Part shown: one piece after another, positions 18,335-27,993 of the stretch
Layout of the letters: each line of letters begins with the position of its first letter
Numbering within the stretch: position 1 is the first letter of the stretch
Source: Sphaerochaetaceae bacterium
Lineage (GTDB): Bacteria > Spirochaetota > Spirochaetia > Sphaerochaetales > Sphaerochaetaceae
NCBI GenBank assembly: GCA_963677735.1
Contig: OY782505.1
Location: forward strand, 3,192,770 to 3,256,769
Reading direction: 5' to 3'
Length of the DNA: 64,000 nucleotides
Translations under genes and position numbers: made by a program
The notes under the pieces: generated by a model
What the model was told of the DNA's origin: nothing
The model's input: the letters and a program-made list of their open reading frames with translations, nothing else
Database searches by the model: none

Positions 18335-19218
18335 AAATCTACTCCTATTTTGTTTAGATAAGAAATTGTTAACCCAAGAGCTATTATCATTGTAATTATA
18401 CCAACTGTACCAGCCAAACCCATTGTATATGATTGAAAAGCTAGTCTATAACCATAGAATGAAATTATCTCAGATGATGAGCCAGGTCCCCCTGCAGTCA
18501 TAATGCTTATCGTATCAAAAACCCTTAGTGCTGTTAGTGTTCTCATAACAAGAGCAACAAGAATAGGCGATTTTAGTAAAGGTAAAGTAATATTTTTAAA
18601 TTTCTGCCATGAAGAGGCTCCGTCAACTTCTGCTGCTTCAAAAGGAGCTGTAGGTAATGATTTCATGCCCGCTAATAATACTAATATAACAAATGGTGTG
18701 AATTGCCAAACATCTACTAAAATTAGGATTAGTAATACAGTTTTTGAATTGGCCAATAGAGGAATTTCAATTAAAGATCCTAGGCCAATATTATTTAACA
18801 ACCTTGGTATTGGTCCAAAAGTATTATTTAATAGGAATTTCCAAGAAAACCCTACAACAATTGGAGCCATCATGAAAGGAATTAAACAAATTGATTGAAT
18901 AATTGAATGTCCAAAATAATCCCAATTTAGAACAGTTGCGATTAATAACCCTAAAATCATTTCTATTAACACAGCAAAAAATAAAAATATGAATGTTCTT
19001 GCTAATACTTGATAGGTGAATGAGTCAGTTAATATTGTAATATAGTTGTTTAGTCCAACAAATTTAATTCCTAATTCAGGTCTAATTAGTGTCCATTTTA
19101 CAAATGTAATTCCAATAGCATAAAGAAGAGGAATTAAAAAAATTATTCCAAGTACTATTAGCCCTGGGGAAAGGTATAATAAATCTTCTCGCTTGCTCTT
19201 TAGTATTCTATTTTTCAT
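18331..19218 (-). CDS. Carbohydrate (CUT1) ABC transporter permease, MalF-like
   Basis: EAA loop FEAAEVDGASSWQKFKNITLPLL. 4-nt overlap with the downstream permease. Confidence 0.85.
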   Translation of the reverse strand: MKNRILKSKREDLLYLSPGLIVLGIIFLIPLLYAIGITFVKWTLIRPELGIKFVGLNNYITILTDSFTYQVLARTFIFLFFAVLIEMILGLLIATVLNWDYFGHSIIQSICLIPFMMAPIVVGFSWKFLLNNTFGPIPRLLNNIGLGSLIEIPLLANSKTVLLILILVDVWQFTPFVILVLLAGMKSLPTAPFEAAEVDGASSWQKFKNITLPLLKSPILVALVMRTLTALRVFDTISIMTAGGPGSSSEIISFYGYRLAFQSYTMGLAGTVGIITMIIALGLTISYLNKIGVDL

Positions 19219-19235
19219 ATATTCTCCATGGTATT

Positions 19236-19258
19236 GAGAAGACTTTTTAAGTCTTCTC
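19236..19258 (-). other. Intercistronic stem-loop between the binding-protein and permease genes
   Basis: GAGAAGACTT-ttt-AAGTCTTCTC, a perfect 10-bp stem, between the stop at 19274 and the start at 19218. Confidence 0.5.
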
Positions 19259-19273
19259 TAATACCTAATTATT

Positions 19274-20602
19274 TTAGTAGTACCCGTTTTCTTTTAATAA
19301 TTCTCTAGTTGCGTTTGCTGCTTGCTCTAACAATTCTTGAGCAGAGTTATTTTTAGAAATATATTCTGAAACCATTGGAGCAATTATTCCATTAACAATA
19401 GACATTCCCTCTGGAATTAGTGGAACAATCGGAGTTGGAATACATGTGTTTAAAGCTTCTTGGAATTGTGGAATCCAAGGTACTTCTGAAATTAAATTTT
19501 CATCATTCATTGAACTAATTCTTGTAGGAATTGTCCCTAAAGTTGCTGTTTCTGTTAAAGCCTCTTTAGACGTAACATATTTAATCCATTCTAATGCTTT
19601 ATCCTTATCTTCGCATGAATCAGAAATTGCAAAACCCCAGGAAATGAATAATCTAGGACGTTTTTCATCCATAGCTTCTTCTGGTTTTGGGAAACCAATA
19701 AATGAAGCTTTATCTACAATTTGTGAACTTTCTGGGTCATTTACAGAGAACATTGCAGTTGTCCATAATTCAGCCATTGCGCTTTTTCCCATTTTAAATT
19801 CAGTTAAAGCTTCTTGGAAATCATAAGAATATGAAGCCGGGCTCGAATATTGGAAGAAGTCTTTAACTTGTTCTAAACTTTTTACTCCAATTTCACTATC
19901 AAATGTTGGTTCGTAATTATCATCTAGCAAATCTTCGCCATTAGCCCATAATCTGTTCATAAAATGTGTTGCTAAAAATATACTTCTTTTACCCATTAAT
20001 GTTACACCATATAATTCCGGTGGACGAGTAAAGAATTCTGCAAGGTCATGATATTGTTCTAAAGTTTTAGGAGGTGATAATTCATATCCATATTTAGCTT
20101 TGAAGTTCTTCATTTCTGTAGGATCTTCAAATAAATCTTTTCTATATACTATTCCACCAACCTCATTCATATATGGAATAAAGTAATAATTACCATCTAG
20201 TTGAGCACTTTGCAATCCCGGGATATCTTCTGGCAATGTTGGATCACCTTCAACAAATTCATTTAATGATTTGATATATCCTGCATTTGCTAAAGTCGGA
20301 TACCAAAGTAATGATATATATGGAATATCATATTCGTCTTGTCCTCCTGTATAACTAAGCATTAATTGATCAAAATAATTTGCATAAGGATGCTGAGTGA
20401 CCTCTAGTTCTATTCCTGATTGTTCTTGGAAAGATTCTATTTGAGTTTTCCAAGCCTCGGTATGAGTTCCTCTTTCACTAACTAATTGAAGAGGTTCAGA
20501 ACCTTCTATTTCTTCAGTGCCACTAGCACTAAGAGAAAGAAGTGGTAATGTTATAAGTATTAATACTAAAAATATATCTATTTTAAAATTTTTATTATTC
20601 AT
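19274..20602 (-). CDS. ABC transporter extracellular solute-binding protein (family 1)
   Basis: Signal peptide MNNKNFKIDIFLVLILITLPLLSLSASG. 442 aa, SBP_bac_1-like. First transporter gene of the operon. Confidence 0.8.
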   Translation of the reverse strand: MNNKNFKIDIFLVLILITLPLLSLSASGTEEIEGSEPLQLVSERGTHTEAWKTQIESFQEQSGIELEVTQHPYANYFDQLMLSYTGGQDEYDIPYISLLWYPTLANAGYIKSLNEFVEGDPTLPEDIPGLQSAQLDGNYYFIPYMNEVGGIVYRKDLFEDPTEMKNFKAKYGYELSPPKTLEQYHDLAEFFTRPPELYGVTLMGKRSIFLATHFMNRLWANGEDLLDDNYEPTFDSEIGVKSLEQVKDFFQYSSPASYSYDFQEALTEFKMGKSAMAELWTTAMFSVNDPESSQIVDKASFIGFPKPEEAMDEKRPRLFISWGFAISDSCEDKDKALEWIKYVTSKEALTETATLGTIPTRISSMNDENLISEVPWIPQFQEALNTCIPTPIVPLIPEGMSIVNGIIAPMVSEYISKNNSAQELLEQAANATRELLKENGYY

Positions 20603-21412
20603 TTAAACAACTCCGTTTTGTTTTTTGTAAGTTGATACAGCGGCTTTAAGTGCTATTTGAATTGATGTATCAACACCTTTTTTTATAAGCTTATCGTTTA
20701 TATCTTTTACAGATAAATCCATTTCTTTTTCATCTGTTTGATTAAAACGATTTTGATATATGGTTCCTATCATAGCTGTTGAAACACCTCTAAGATACCC
20801 AATAACAAATAATGCAGAAGCTTCCATATCAAGTGTCATTACACCTTTTTTTGACCATTGTAAAAAGTATTCTTTAGATCTTGAGTAAAAAGCTGAATGA
20901 GTCCAATTTATTCCAGTATGTACTTTGATATCTGTTTTATTCCCTTCTTTAATTAAATTTTGATATAAAATGGGATCGGCAATTGCTGGGAAATTATTTG
21001 GTACATAATATTGGGTTAATCCATCATCTCTAACACATGCACTGGGAATACATATTTCACCACGATTAATATCTGGCTGTATGGCAGCCATACTTCCTAC
21101 TCTAATGAGAATTCTAGCACCAAGATTAATTAGTTCTTCATAAACAATACCGGCAGCTGGACCTCCCATTCCTGTAGAAGTTACTGAAACTTCTACACCT
21201 TCAAAAGTTCCCTTATAAGTAATTAGGCCTCGGTTGTCAGAAATTTTAATAGGATTGTCTAAAAATTTAATAATACCTTTTACTCTTTCTTGATCTCCTG
21301 GTACAATAGCTATGGGAGCTATGTCTCCTTTTTTGCATTGAATATGGTATTGGAGCTTGTTTTCGACGCCTGTTCCTTTACCATAATCAATCTTTTCCAT
21401 CCATCTTTCCAT
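20603..21412 (-). CDS. Nucleoside phosphorylase, uridine phosphorylase-like (PNP_UDP_1 family)
   Basis: Blocks IAIVPGDQERV, SVTSTGMGGPAAGIVYEELINLGARILIRVGSMAAIQP and LDMEASALF parallel E. coli Udp. AGGAGGTATTC RBS. Confidence 0.8.
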   Translation of the reverse strand: MERWMEKIDYGKGTGVENKLQYHIQCKKGDIAPIAIVPGDQERVKGIIKFLDNPIKISDNRGLITYKGTFEGVEVSVTSTGMGGPAAGIVYEELINLGARILIRVGSMAAIQPDINRGEICIPSACVRDDGLTQYYVPNNFPAIADPILYQNLIKEGNKTDIKVHTGINWTHSAFYSRSKEYFLQWSKKGVMTLDMEASALFVIGYLRGVSTAMIGTIYQNRFNQTDEKEMDLSVKDINDKLIKKGVDTSIQIALKAAVSTYKKQNGVV

Positions 21413-21433
21413 GAATACCTCCTAAATATGTTT

Positions 21434-22189
21434 TTATATAGACCGTTTTCTCACGACAAGTAATTCAAAATTATTGCTGTCAATTAAGTCTATTGAATGC
21501 ATTAATATCTTCCCAGAAGTATCAAAATATGTTTCATTTAATTTTACTATTGGGTCACCTTCATTAATTGATAATGATTCTGCTGTTTCTTTATCTGCTG
21601 ATATTGCAGAAATTCTAGTAATTGCATGATTAACTGTGAAATTAGTAAAATTATCAATTATTTCAAAAATTGTGGTATTTACATTTGTACTACCTTCAAT
21701 TTTTAATGCAAAAGTTTCGGGATCATTATTGTAAAGCTCAGGATTTATGTAGCATATACCTTTAATAATTTCAGAATTATTTACTAAATATGTTTGTATA
21801 ATTCTAATTAGTTTTTGAGTATTATTAATTTTTAAATATGAAATAATTTCTTCATCAGGATTTACAACTTCTATTTTATTTTGTTTAAAACTAAGAGTTT
21901 TCCCTTCAGTAGCAACGATATTTTGTATTCCGTGTAAATTGTTTAATGCAGTTACTAAACTTGCTCCTTTTTGGTTGATAAATGTTCCAACACCATGTTT
22001 TTTGATTAAAACATCAGCTTTCTCGAGATTTTGTATTGCTTCTCTAACAGTGTTTCGGCTAACGCCCATATCTTTTGAAAGTCTAGCTTCACTAGGAATT
22101 GGTTTTGATTTATCCCATTCTTTAATTAAATTTAATATTTCATCTTGTACATATTCATATAGAGGTTTCTTTTGTCCAACTTTTCTCAT
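21434..22189 (-). CDS. GntR family (HutC subfamily-like) transcriptional regulator
   Basis: N-terminal wHTH IPSEARLSKDMGVSRNTVREAIQNLEKADVLIKKHGVGTF, plus a UTRA-sized C-terminal domain. Confidence 0.85.
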   Translation of the reverse strand: MRKVGQKKPLYEYVQDEILNLIKEWDKSKPIPSEARLSKDMGVSRNTVREAIQNLEKADVLIKKHGVGTFINQKGASLVTALNNLHGIQNIVATEGKTLSFKQNKIEVVNPDEEIISYLKINNTQKLIRIIQTYLVNNSEIIKGICYINPELYNNDPETFALKIEGSTNVNTTIFEIIDNFTNFTVNHAITRISAISADKETAESLSINEGDPIVKLNETYFDTSGKILMHSIDLIDSNNFELLVVRKRSI

Positions 22190-22217
22190 TTTATTTATCC
22201 CATTAATTTAATAGTGT

Positions 22218-22236
22218 TTAGACGTCCAACGTCTAA
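22218..22236. promoter_or_regulatory. Candidate GntR operator
   Basis: 8-3-8 perfect inverted repeat TTAGACGT-cca-ACGTCTAA, 29 nt upstream of the GntR start codon. Confidence 0.45.
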
Positions 22237-22546
22237 TGTTATTTGAAGAGTAAACTGGTTTTATTGCTTTGTCAAGTTTTTAATTATAATTGAATAGTGG
22301 GGGCAATATTTATTTGTCAATGAGTTATTTGATGAGTGAGACTATATGGAAAAGTTAAAATATAGAACAATACGCTTTGAATGTTCCAATGGTAAAATAA
22401 TGTTATAGGAACTAACAGAACAAACTGTTTTTATAGTAATATATTATTTAATATTTTAATACCTTTTTGCCTGATCTATTAAGTTAGTAATAAATATAGC
22501 AAAAAGGTATCTTAAATTTTATATAAATTTAGTTAGGATTTTGTTG

Positions 22547-23896
22547 TTAGACACTCTTATCAATTTGTTTAAGTTCTTTTTTTTCATTTTCTTTTTCGGT
22601 TGGTAAAATGATGTTTAAAATAACTGCAGTAAGAGTTGCTAAAACAACAGGAGATTTTCCAAAAATCATAATGAACCAAGGTGGGAAACTTGCAATAGCA
22701 CCACTAGCTTGGCTAATACCTACACCTAATGCAGCAGATAGACCAACAATTGATGAATTTCTATAATTCATCTTTTCGCTAGTTACTAGTTTCATGCCAG
22801 TCATAGCTATTGATGCAAATACTGAAATAGTTGCTCCACCTAGAACACATTGTGGAATAGTAATTAAAATAGCAGAGAATTTTGGAATTAAACCTGCGAT
22901 TAATAATATTGAAGCACTCATTCCTAATGTAATTCTATTAACAACTTTGGTACTTGCTACAATACCAACATTTTGAGAATAAGTTGATGTAGGAAGACCA
23001 CCAAATAATGCACCAATAACATTTGAAAGACCATACCCAATAATACCACCTTGCAGTTCTGAATTAGTTGGTTCTCTATCTAACCCACCAATTGTTGTTG
23101 CTGAAAAGTCACCTATTGCTTGAATAGCATTGATTGTAAAGAGAATGCCTAAAGCCATACAAGCTGAGAATTCAAAAGAAATACCAAAAGGTAAGAATTG
23201 TGGTAACTGAAATACTTTTGCTGTAGAAACAGGATTTAAATCAATCATTCCAAAGGGAATTGATACAATATAACCTACAATTATACCAATAAGGATTGAA
23301 GATAATTTGATTAAACCTTTTCCAAAATGATTAAGTGTTGTTACAATTGTAAGAGTTAATATTGCAATTGACCAATTTTCCCAACTTCCATAATTGGGAC
23401 TACCAACACCACCAGCCATGTAATTTATTGCTGTTGGATAAAGTGATAATCCAATAGTGAATACTACTGTACCCGTTATCATTGGAGGGAAAAAACGTCT
23501 AATTTTTCTAACAAAAACTCCAACTATAGCAGCTATAATACCACCTACAATTTGTGCTCCAAAAATAGCACTTAAATCATAACCTTCAGCTATTGCTAGC
23601 ATACTTGAGAGATATGCAAAGCTAACGCCCATTATAACAGGTAATTTGGATCCAAAGTATTTTCCTATTGGAAAAAGCTGAATAAAAGTTGCCAGAGCTG
23701 CAGTTATGAGTGCAGATTGAACTAATATTATTCCATGATTGTCAACTGAAGATGTGACAGCTTGAGAAATAATTAAAGCAGGGGTTACACAACCAACAAT
23801 CATTGCTACTACATGTTGTAGCGCCATTGGAATAGATTTTCCAATTGATGGCATTCCGTTAAGATCAAAAATAGAACTTTTCTCTAAGTTAAACAT
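22547..23896 (-). CDS. NCS2 family nucleobase:cation symporter (uracil/xanthine permease)
   Basis: 449 aa, about 13 TMs. Typical NCS2 blocks (ALQHVVAMIVG..., TSTYSQNVGIVASTKV). Confidence 0.85.
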   Translation of the reverse strand: MFNLEKSSIFDLNGMPSIGKSIPMALQHVVAMIVGCVTPALIISQAVTSSVDNHGIILVQSALITAALATFIQLFPIGKYFGSKLPVIMGVSFAYLSSMLAIAEGYDLSAIFGAQIVGGIIAAIVGVFVRKIRRFFPPMITGTVVFTIGLSLYPTAINYMAGGVGSPNYGSWENWSIAILTLTIVTTLNHFGKGLIKLSSILIGIIVGYIVSIPFGMIDLNPVSTAKVFQLPQFLPFGISFEFSACMALGILFTINAIQAIGDFSATTIGGLDREPTNSELQGGIIGYGLSNVIGALFGGLPTSTYSQNVGIVASTKVVNRITLGMSASILLIAGLIPKFSAILITIPQCVLGGATISVFASIAMTGMKLVTSEKMNYRNSSIVGLSAALGVGISQASGAIASFPPWFIMIFGKSPVVLATLTAVILNIILPTEKENEKKELKQIDKSV

Positions 23897-24211
23897 AAAT
23901 ACTCCTGATATATTATAATGAATTATGTTGCAATTTGTTGCAGTATAGTAGCATTAATATTATTTGCCAATAAATTTCATCAAAAAAAACAGAGATATTA
24001 TGCAAAAGCTGACAAATCTAGTAATAAGATCTTTTACAATTAAGTTAATAAATACTTTGAAATTTCTGATTTAATGGTTAGTGAATTTTTAAACTAAGCT
24101 AAGGTTTATTTAAAAACATTAGTAAACTTAAGAATAAGAGACTATTGTTATTGCTAACGAAAATTTATTATTTTATAATTAAGTAACAATTAAAAAAGAA
24201 AAGGGGGAAAA

Positions 24212-24655
24212 ATGAAAAAATTTATAATTTTAATTATAGTAGCATTAACTACTTTGTTTATTGGCTGTTCTACTTCAAATAAGATTGTTGATAATAAAGA
24301 AGATTATCAATATTTAATAGCAAATATTGAAGATAGTGTAGCAATAAAGGCATATCTAGAGAAAGAGAAATCTAAAGGAACTGATATTGATGCTGAAATA
24401 ATGAATGGAGATACAGTTTTAATGATTGCTGCACGCTATACTACTAATATTAAAGTTTTAGAGGTTATAGTTTCTTATTTCCCTGATATAAATAAAATGA
24501 ATTATAAAACAGATATGTCTGCTTTAGATTATTTAAGTCGTAGAGATAATGCTGATGAACTTTATAAGTATTTATTAGACGAATCTGTTAAATATGAGAT
24601 GAATAAAAAGGTCGATGGGATAAAGAATAATATAGTTAAGTCGATATTTGGTTAA
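24212..24655 (+). CDS. Small lipoprotein with ankyrin-repeat-like segment
   Basis: Lipobox LFIGCS. GDTVLMIAARYTTNIKVLEVIV...DINKMNYKTDMSALDYL resembles ANK repeats. Confidence 0.55.
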   Translation: MKKFIILIIVALTTLFIGCSTSNKIVDNKEDYQYLIANIEDSVAIKAYLEKEKSKGTDIDAEIMNGDTVLMIAARYTTNIKVLEVIVSYFPDINKMNYKTDMSALDYLSRRDNADELYKYLLDESVKYEMNKKVDGIKNNIVKSIFG

Positions 24656-24677
24656 TTTATATTTATTCTAAATTAAC

Positions 24678-24711
24678 AAAAGCTAGCTCTTGTATAAGAA
24701 AGCTAGCTTTT
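24678..24711. terminator. Bidirectional rho-independent terminator
   Basis: AAAAGCTAGCT-12 nt loop-AGCTAGCTTTT with T-rich flanks on both strands. It lies between convergent genes ending at 24655 and 24814. Confidence 0.65.
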
Positions 24712-24813
24712 ACTTTATATAAATTAAAAACAAATACCTACTTTTTAATGCTTTTTAAACTTTGATTCAAATTATAACAATGATAAAAAGCATTATAAAA
24801 TTTGAGATAATAT

Positions 24814-25734
24814 CTATTTAAAAATCAAATCAACTGATTTCTTATAGGCCATAATAGTTTGAGATTTTTGAATTTTCTTAATATCTTTAGCATTATTTGG
24901 GAAATTGATTTTCCAAACCTTCCAATGATCTTTCATCTTAAATAATAAACTTCTCTCACCATATAGGATATTAGAATATTGATTAAATATTGAATCATGG
25001 AATTCTTTAAATAGTTCTAAATTAGTTTTTTCCCCAGTTTTATATTCTTCAATTAATCCTGGATTTGCAATTAAACCTCTACCAATCATTATTTTGTTTA
25101 TTGTTGGAAAGTCCTTTATAAAATCTTTAATTTGAGTTGCACTGCATAAATCTCCATTATAACAGATTTCATTTTTTGAGCCTCTAACGATGTCTTTAAA
25201 AACATCTATATGAATAGGCCCTTTATAATAATCTTCTCTAACTCTAGGATGTACTATTAATTCTTTAATAGGATAATCATTGAATAGTGGAAGAAGAGAC
25301 TCCATTTCACTTGGATTAGAAAAACCAATTCTAGTTTTAATTGAAATCTCTTGGATTCTTTTGTTAAAAATTTCATCCAAAAAAAATCTAAGCCCATCAA
25401 GATCTTTTAATTGACCAGAGCCTTTTCCTTTACTAGTTACTGTCCCTGAGGGACAGCCTAAATTTAAATTTATTTCATCATATCCTTCATTTCTTAATTT
25501 TGATGCCACAATATTAAAAGTATTAGAGTTATTTGTAAGTAGTTGAGGAACTAGGTTAATATCTTTATTGTTTTCTTTTTTTATATCTTTTTCTGATTTT
25601 GAAACAAGACATCCATCTACGTTTGTATTTAGAAAAGGCGCAAAAAATTTATCTACACTCTTATAATAGCTTGCATAAGTATTTCTAAATATATAATTGG
25701 TGATTCCTTCTAAAGGTGCAAAATAAAATAACAT
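24814..25734 (-). CDS. tRNA-dihydrouridine synthase family protein
   Basis: N-terminal FAPLEGITNYIFR, INLNLGCPSGTV (catalytic Cys region), TIM-barrel-sized. Confidence 0.8.
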   Translation of the reverse strand: MLFYFAPLEGITNYIFRNTYASYYKSVDKFFAPFLNTNVDGCLVSKSEKDIKKENNKDINLVPQLLTNNSNTFNIVASKLRNEGYDEINLNLGCPSGTVTSKGKGSGQLKDLDGLRFFLDEIFNKRIQEISIKTRIGFSNPSEMESLLPLFNDYPIKELIVHPRVREDYYKGPIHIDVFKDIVRGSKNEICYNGDLCSATQIKDFIKDFPTINKIMIGRGLIANPGLIEEYKTGEKTNLELFKEFHDSIFNQYSNILYGERSLLFKMKDHWKVWKINFPNNAKDIKKIQKSQTIMAYKKSVDLIFK

Positions 25735-26177
25735 GTTGGTAATATAGAGTATTTGATAACTTTTGTTTAGATAGTGTCTATAATATCTCTCTTATTTATA
25801 AAAAAACAAGAAGTATTTTAAGCTGTTAATTGTTTAATTAAACCTTTAAATAATTAATTTTTGTAGTTGTTAGTTTTTAGTAAATCTAATGAAATTGTTT
25901 TGTATTGGAAAATGATTATTGAATAATTATACGAAAATTATACAAAAAATCTAACGATATTTTTATTAAATTTTCAATAAAATAGGGGAAACCTCTTTAA
26001 AACTCAGTAAAATTCTATATAATAATTGAAAAAATAATATTTTTACTTATCTCATGTGGTAGGTTTTAGATAATTATACAAAATATTTATTTTATAACGG
26101 TATAAAGTATGGATTATATTTTGTTACAAGATTACTATGGTAAAAATATAAAAAATGGTTGGCCGGAGTGAATAAAT

Positions 26178-26882
26178 ATGGAAATAGAGCAGTATATTAA
26201 GCGGGATGAAGATATAAAAGATCTTTTTCAATCTATGTCTATTTTAGATTTGGCAAAATTTGAAAAAAAAACTTATAAACAAAATGAATACTTAATAAAT
26301 AAAAATTGTTCTGCTAATAATATTTTTTTCATTTTTGAAGGAATTTGTGGAATCCTCCAAGATTTAGTTAATGGAGAAACATATTGTTCATATAAGATTA
26401 ACTCTCTAGCAATTATAGGATTATCTGAGATACTACCTAAAAAATCAAAAATAAGAATTGCAGATGTTATTGCAGTTAGTGATGTTGTAGCATTTTCTAT
26501 TAACAAATCTTGTTTTAAAAAATTTCAAATAAAATATCCAAATTTTTATAATAGATGCATTCAAATTATTATTGAAAGGCTTCACCAGAATCTAATGGTG
26601 CATATTGAATGTAAAAAATATAATGCTAAATTAAACATTGTTTCCTATTTGATTTACACATATAAATTATATTGCAAAGTATCAAAATTAAATAATAAAG
26701 GTGTATACATAAACGAAACACGACAAATGATTGCTGATTTTACTGGTATTTCCGAAAGATCTGTAAATTCTACAATTGAGCTTTTGAAAAATAGAGACCT
26801 TGTTACTGTAGAACGACAGAAATTATATATAAATGAATCGCAGTATGAGAATTTATTAGAGTATAAATTCCATAATACATAA
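26178..26882 (+). CDS. Crp/Fnr family transcriptional regulator (no Fnr Cys cluster)
   Basis: cNMP-binding-like N-terminal domain plus C-terminal HTH TRQMIADFTGISERSVNSTIELLKNRDLV. GGAG RBS. Confidence 0.7.
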   Translation: MEIEQYIKRDEDIKDLFQSMSILDLAKFEKKTYKQNEYLINKNCSANNIFFIFEGICGILQDLVNGETYCSYKINSLAIIGLSEILPKKSKIRIADVIAVSDVVAFSINKSCFKKFQIKYPNFYNRCIQIIIERLHQNLMVHIECKKYNAKLNIVSYLIYTYKLYCKVSKLNNKGVYINETRQMIADFTGISERSVNSTIELLKNRDLVTVERQKLYINESQYENLLEYKFHNT

Positions 26883-26973
26883 ATTTTATTTACAAGCTTG
26901 CAAAATTTCCTACTTAGATTGAAATCTAAATGGTATAAGGGAAACTATAAATAAAAATTTCTAGGAGTGTTTT

Positions 26974-27987
26974 ATGTTAAAAAAAGTTGTTGTTTCTTTT
27001 TTATTGATTTCAGTATTATTTGTAAGTTGTTCAAAAAGTAGTGAAACTGGAGAAGTTCAAGTTAATGAAACTGCAGAAAAAACTGTCAAAGTTGCTCTAA
27101 TTACATCATCAGGTGGACTTGGTGATAGATCTTTCAATGATGCAGCATATGAAGGATTAAAAAGAGCTGAAGCTGATTATGGTATCGAAATAAAAGTAAT
27201 AGAACCACAAGGTGTTTCTGATTATCAACAATCCCTTAAATTAATTTCAACAGCAGGTTTTGATTTAATTATTACAGTTGGAAACGATTGGAGTGATGCT
27301 CTTTCCATAATTGCTCCGAATTTCCCTGATACTAAATATGCTGCAATTAACTTAAATATTAGTTTAGATAATTTGCAAGTTGCTAAATTCGCAGATCATG
27401 AGGGATCCTTTTTAGCTGGAGCTTTTGCTGCTTTGATGACTAAAACTGGTAAAATTGGCTTTATCGGTGGTATGGATGTACCAGCTATCACACGATTCTA
27501 TGTTGGTTACGAAGAGGGCGCAAAATATGTTAATAATGATGTCGAAGTTATTCCCACTTATGTTGGTTCTTTTGCAGATCCCTTTAAAGGTAAAGAATTT
27601 GCATTGCAATTAATTGGAGAAGACTGTGATATCATTTTCCACGCAGCTGGTAAAACAGGAGAAGGTTTATTTGATGCTGTTAAAACTAGTGATGATGTTT
27701 ATGCAATTGGTGTAGATAGAGACCAAGATTCAATTGTTGAAGGAAAAATTTTGACATCAATGATTAAGAGTGTTGATGCTGCTATTTATGATATGGCAGG
27801 TTCTTTTGTTGATGGAACATTCGATACTGGAATTGTTATATATGGTTTAGAAGAAAAAGGCGTTGGTCTGTCCGAAATGAAATATACAAAAGATCTTGTT
27901 GGACAAGACGTTTTGAACCAATTAGATGATATCGAAGATAAAATTATTAATGGTGAAATTATAGTTACTGATGTATTTGAAAAGTAG
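26974..27987 (+). CDS. BMP family (PnrA/Med-like) ABC transporter substrate-binding lipoprotein
   Basis: Lipobox LFVSCS. BMP blocks SSGGLGDRSFND, GKIGFIGGMD, AIGVDRDQ. Confidence 0.9.
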   Translation: MLKKVVVSFLLISVLFVSCSKSSETGEVQVNETAEKTVKVALITSSGGLGDRSFNDAAYEGLKRAEADYGIEIKVIEPQGVSDYQQSLKLISTAGFDLIITVGNDWSDALSIIAPNFPDTKYAAINLNISLDNLQVAKFADHEGSFLAGAFAALMTKTGKIGFIGGMDVPAITRFYVGYEEGAKYVNNDVEVIPTYVGSFADPFKGKEFALQLIGEDCDIIFHAAGKTGEGLFDAVKTSDDVYAIGVDRDQDSIVEGKILTSMIKSVDAAIYDMAGSFVDGTFDTGIVIYGLEEKGVGLSEMKYTKDLVGQDVLNQLDDIEDKIINGEIIVTDVFEK

Positions 27988-27993
27988 GTAATT

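Noticed and set aside
18503-19826. ORFs 18503-18898 and 19446-19826, antisense to the ABC permease and binding-protein genes.
   Set aside because: Shadow ORFs opposite well-supported genes, with no motifs or RBS.
23897-24211. Possible purine/guanine riboswitch or PurR box upstream of the NCS2 nucleobase permease.
   Set aside because: I could not find the conserved purine-riboswitch core (the UAUAAU...GGAUAUGG...CCGUAAAU-type junctions). Only a short direct repeat, TGCAACA-aat-TGCAACA, lies next to the RBS, which is insufficient evidence.
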